From an uncultured bacterium (GTDB taxonomy: Bacteria > Chloroflexota > UBA5177 > JANWHV01): a DNA stretch of 64,000 nt. Below, in pieces: positions 60,575 to 64,000 of the stretch. The first letter of the stretch is position 1. Every line of letters begins with the position of its first letter. Location: contig CAVSOU010000008.1 of NCBI GenBank assembly GCA_963729625.1, positions 32,001 through 96,000 of the forward strand. The letters run 5' to 3'. A program made the position numbers and the translations under genes. The notes below the pieces were generated by a model, which did no database searches, was not told the DNA's origin, and saw nothing but the letters and a program-made list of their open reading frames with translations.

Positions 60575-62564
60575 TTAGCCGGCGATCGGTACGCGCGCCC
60601 CCTCGCGCAGGTATACCGGAATCCGCGTGAGGGGCGCATCCGCCGTGACGTGCTCCCCTCCGGAAAGCTTCTGGCCGGTCCAGGCGTCCGTCCAGGCGGT
60701 GCCGGCGGGAAGGTAGACGTCTCGGCTTCGCGCGCCCGCATGGAGTATCGGAGCAACCAGGATGTCCGGCCCAAACAGGAACTGATCGTCGACGGCTGCA
60801 CATGCGGCGTCGGATGGATAGTCGAAGAACAGTGGACGCATCGGAGGAATGCCCTTCTCCTGCGCGAGTTTCATCTGCGCCATCACATACGGGCGGAGCC
60901 GCTCCCGCAGGAACAATTGGTCCTTGACGATCGCATAGGCTTCTTCGCCATACGACCAAACCTCATTTGGTCCGCCTGAAAAGAGCATCGTGGTGTCGTC
61001 GAATACCACGTTGCGGAATCCGTGGAGGCGGAACAGCGGGCAGAACACGCCAAACTCGAACCAGCGAATGAGCAGCTCGCGGAAGGCGGGTGAATCCGGA
61101 TCGCCGCCGTAGAAGCCGCCGATGTCGGTCGTCCACCATGGGATACCGCTCAGGCCGATGTTCAGGCCCTCGCGCACCTGCGCCTGAAGCGCTTCGAATG
61201 TGCTGTCGATATCGCCCGACCAGACGGCCGCGCCGACGCGCTGGCTGCCGGCCCATGCCGAGCGACAGAGGTTCAGGATTGCGGCCTGCCCCTCCTCGCG
61301 CATGCCCTCAAAGACACCCTGTTCATGCAGCATTGGATAGGCGTTCGCGGCGACGAGGCCGGTTCCCGTATGGAAACGCACATTGTCGACGTCCATGGGG
61401 TGCATCTCGGGCTCGCAGGCGTCAAGCCAGAAGACCTTGATACCGATCCGGTAGTAGTGCTCGCGAATCTTCTCCCACATGAACTTCCGAGCCTCGGGGT
61501 TCGTCGCATCATAGTAGTACGTGAAGGCGGGGCCTTCAGGGCGGTTGTCACGGAAGTTGTGGAGCACTGGAATGCCTCGCTCCGTGCGAAGAAGCAGGCC
61601 GCGTGCCTGCAGCGCCTCGAAGTTCTCGCTGAGCGCATTGACCGACGGCCAGATGGACACCATCAGCTGGACGCCCATCTCGGCCAGCTCGCGCACCATC
61701 GCCGCCGGATCTGGCCACAGCGCGGGATCGAATTTCCAGTCGCCCTGCAGTGTCCAGTGAAAGAAGTCGGCCACGATGACCGACATCGGCAGTCCACGCC
61801 GCTTGTGCTCGCGCGCCACCGACATGAGCTCTTCCTGGGTGCGGTAGCGCAGCTTGCACTGCCAGAAGCCCGCCGCCCACTCCGGGAAATCGGGCGTGTG
61901 CCCGGTCGCATCGGCGTAGTGCTCCATGATCTCGGCGGCGGCGGCGCCCGTGGTAACCCAGTAATCGAGCTGTGGCGTGGCCTCCGCTACCCACCGCGTC
62001 TCATTAGTGCCGAGCTCTACCCGGCCGACCGCGGGATTGTTCCAGAGAAATCCGTACATGCGGCTGGACAGCAGAAATGGAATGCTCACTTCCGTGTTGC
62101 GCTGGATCAGCTCGACAGTGGCGCCCTTCTGGTCCAGCAAGCCGTGCTGGTGCTGGCCCAAACCATAGAAGCGCTCGCCTTCGTGGGCGACGAAGCGTGC
62201 CTCGAGGTGATAGGTATCCCCGCCTCGTGCCTTGAAGGAGCGAGGCTGGAATGCGAGTCGCTCGCACCGGGCGCTGTTCCGCCACCAGATCGGTGTGCGA
62301 CACCGCGTTGACGAACCTCAGGCAGCCGTCAGCCGCGACATGAGCAACGATCGCGCCACTCTGGATCGTGGCGGAGCCGTCGGTGATTTCGATCCGCGCG
62401 CTCGTGTGCTCGGGCGGGAGAAGTGCGCTCACCAGGTCGTCACGAATCTCGGCGTCCAGCGTCGCGCGCACGCGCAAGCTGTCGGCGCCCCAGGGCTCGA
62501 TGCGCACTGTTTCATGATTCCGCTTCCACACCAGGGCATTACCGTGTTGCGAGAAATCCGTCAT
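60575..62564 (-). CDS. GH31 glycoside hydrolase, alpha-xylosidase-like (frameshift near 62248)
   Basis: IEPWG.DSLRVR N-part joins YGLGQHQ, FWQCKLRY, FWLDACEPE nucleophile, WSGDI, WWTTDIGGF, FRLHG. Confidence 0.9.
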
Positions 62565-62599
62565 CGTGACCTACCCTTCCACTGCATGGAGCCCGTGGC

Positions 62600-64000
62600 T
62601 CAATACTCCAGCGTGACCGTGCCACGGGCAGCGTTCAACCGAACAAATGTAAAGTGCTGTCCATCGTGCCAGAAACAGGATTCCCAGTCAGTGGCATCGC
62701 CGCGCGAACGCAGCAAATCCCCGTTTGCCATGCGCACCCGCCGCGGCATTTCCGCCCTGAGCTGAAGGATGTACGTGCGATTGCGCGGCACTACCGCGGC
62801 GTCGCCCACGGCCTCGCCAATCCGCACGGTAATGGTGCTCCGGGACGCCTCGCAGTCGATGGGTGTCACCGCATAGTGTCCCTGTCGATAGCGATTGGTC
62901 AGCCCGTCGTCCTCGTACAGCTCAAAGCGTGAGCGACCTTCCGGGTAGATGAGTACGGTGATCGTGTCCCACCCAAGTTCACCATCGAACTGCGCCACGG
63001 GCGCGAGGGGAAGGACAGCCCCGGCCCGCACGAAGAGCGGCATCCGGTCGAGCGCTGCCTCAACCGTGACGCCCATGGCGCCGTCGTAGCGCTGATGGCT
63101 CCAGAAATCATACCAGCCACCCTCGGGCAGATAGACCGGCCAGGAGGTTGCCCCGGCGCGGGTGACCGGCGCGACGAGCAGATCGTCACCCCACAAGTAC
63201 TCGGTCCCCAGATCCCAGACCCGAGGGTCGTGCGGATAGTTCAGAACCAACGGGCGCATGAACGGGAGGCCGAGCGTGTGCGCTTGCCAGGCGAGGCTGT
63301 AGGTGTAGGGCATGAGCCGATATCGGAGCTCCGCGTACCGGCGACAGATTTCCTCGACCTGGGGCCCGTGAGCCCAGGGTACGTGATCGCGCCAGACCCA
63401 GCCATGAGAGCGGAAGACCGGACAAAAGGCGCCAAACTGGAACCAGCGCGCGTAGAGCTCGGCGCTCTCGGGCAGGGGGTGGAAGAAGCCTCCGATGTCC
63501 GTGCCCCAGTAGGGGACGCCCGACATGCCGGTGTTGAGCCCGAGCGGAATCTGCGCTTCGAGCTCCGCGAACGTGTTGTTGATGTCACCCGACCAGCAGG
63601 CAGCGCCGAATCGCTGCATTCCTGCTGCCCCAGAACGGCACAGGAGGAATGTCCGTCGATCCGGACAGTCCCGCGATTCGCCGTCCGCGAATGCCTGCTG
63701 GCGGCGCCAATCGAAGATGTTGTGCATCGGCAGCCCGCCACACCCCAGAACTTCAGCCACTCGTGACGGCCCTTCACCACCGTCGAGCCACCAGCCTTCG
63801 ACCCCGGCTTGCGTGAGCGCTCGATGCTGCGCCCACCACCAGGCGCTCGCATCGGGATTGGAAAAGTCGATGTAGCGCTGGCCTTCGCGAAACTCGGTGT
63901 TTGGACGCCTCTCGGGCGCGCACCGATCGTAGCCCTCGGCAAGGAGGAAACCACGCCGCTGGGCCTCCGGATATAGCGGCGATTGCTCGTGCAATACCGG
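62600..64000 (-). CDS. GH31 glycoside hydrolase with C-terminal DUF5110-like domain (5' end outside the window)
   Basis: WWLDGGEGP, WSGDI, GTDIGGF, RWFQFGAF.PVFRSHG, LYEDDG. Confidence 0.9.
   Translation of the reverse strand, partial: PVLHEQSPLYPEAQRRGFLLAEGYDRCAPERRPNTEFREGQRYIDFSNPDASAWWWAQHRALTQAGVEGWWLDGGEGPSRVAEVLGCGGLPMHNIFDWRRQQAFADGESRDCPDRRTFLLCRSGAAGMQRFGAACWSGDINNTFAELEAQIPLGLNTGMSGVPYWGTDIGGFFHPLPESAELYARWFQFGAFCPVFRSHGWVWRDHVPWAHGPQVEEICRRYAELRYRLMPYTYSLAWQAHTLGLPFMRPLVLNYPHDPRVWDLGTEYLWGDDLLVAPVTRAGATSWPVYLPEGGWYDFWSHQRYDGAMGVTVEAALDRMPLFVRAGAVLPLAPVAQFDGELGWDTITVLIYPEGRSRFELYEDDGLTNRYRQGHYAVTPIDCEASRSTITVRIGEAVGDAAVVPRNRTYILQLRAEMPRRVRMANGDLLRSRGDATDWESCFWHDGQHFTFVRLNAARGTVTLEY

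Overview
A 64-kb, high-GC bacterial chromosomal segment. The gene style (kinase, BTAD-ATPase-TPR regulator, PolB, NPCBM/BNR secreted proteins) suggests a soil Chloroflexota-like organism; this is inference only. I found no rRNA, tRNA, CRISPR array, integrase or transposase. Main contents: (1) a translationally coupled six-gene minus-strand cluster at 11.6-20.0 kb (UbiA-type prenyltransferase, rifampin-phosphotransferase-like PEP/ATP dikinase, DUF3419/BtaA-like SAM transferase, polyprenol-kinase-like membrane protein, GNAT-fold protein, OleC-like adenylating enzyme) that looks like an uncharacterised lipid or isoprenoid-modifying pathway. (2) A tandem guanine plus ykkC-type (PRPP-signature) riboswitch with an overlapping terminator at 40.48-40.73 kb, ahead of an NMT1/THI5-type ABC importer, which is therefore probably a purine-related transporter. 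(3) An IclR-controlled acid-sugar-type catabolic island with two enolase-superfamily enzymes, an amidohydrolase, an RraA-like aldolase and a polar amino acid ABC transporter. (4) tpl, cydDC, argC, an M20 amidohydrolase, a GT-C glycosyltransferase and two GH31 glycosidases. (5) VapBC, HicAB and a putative HNH toxin-antitoxin pair, the last two flanking a family-B DNA polymerase. (6) Several large secreted proteins. The window also carries internally deleted regulator remnants (MerR, TetR, OmpR-like, BTAD/cupin junction), about six frameshifted genes (decay or long-read indels) and two genes whose best RBS points to a non-canonical start (ATC, ACG).
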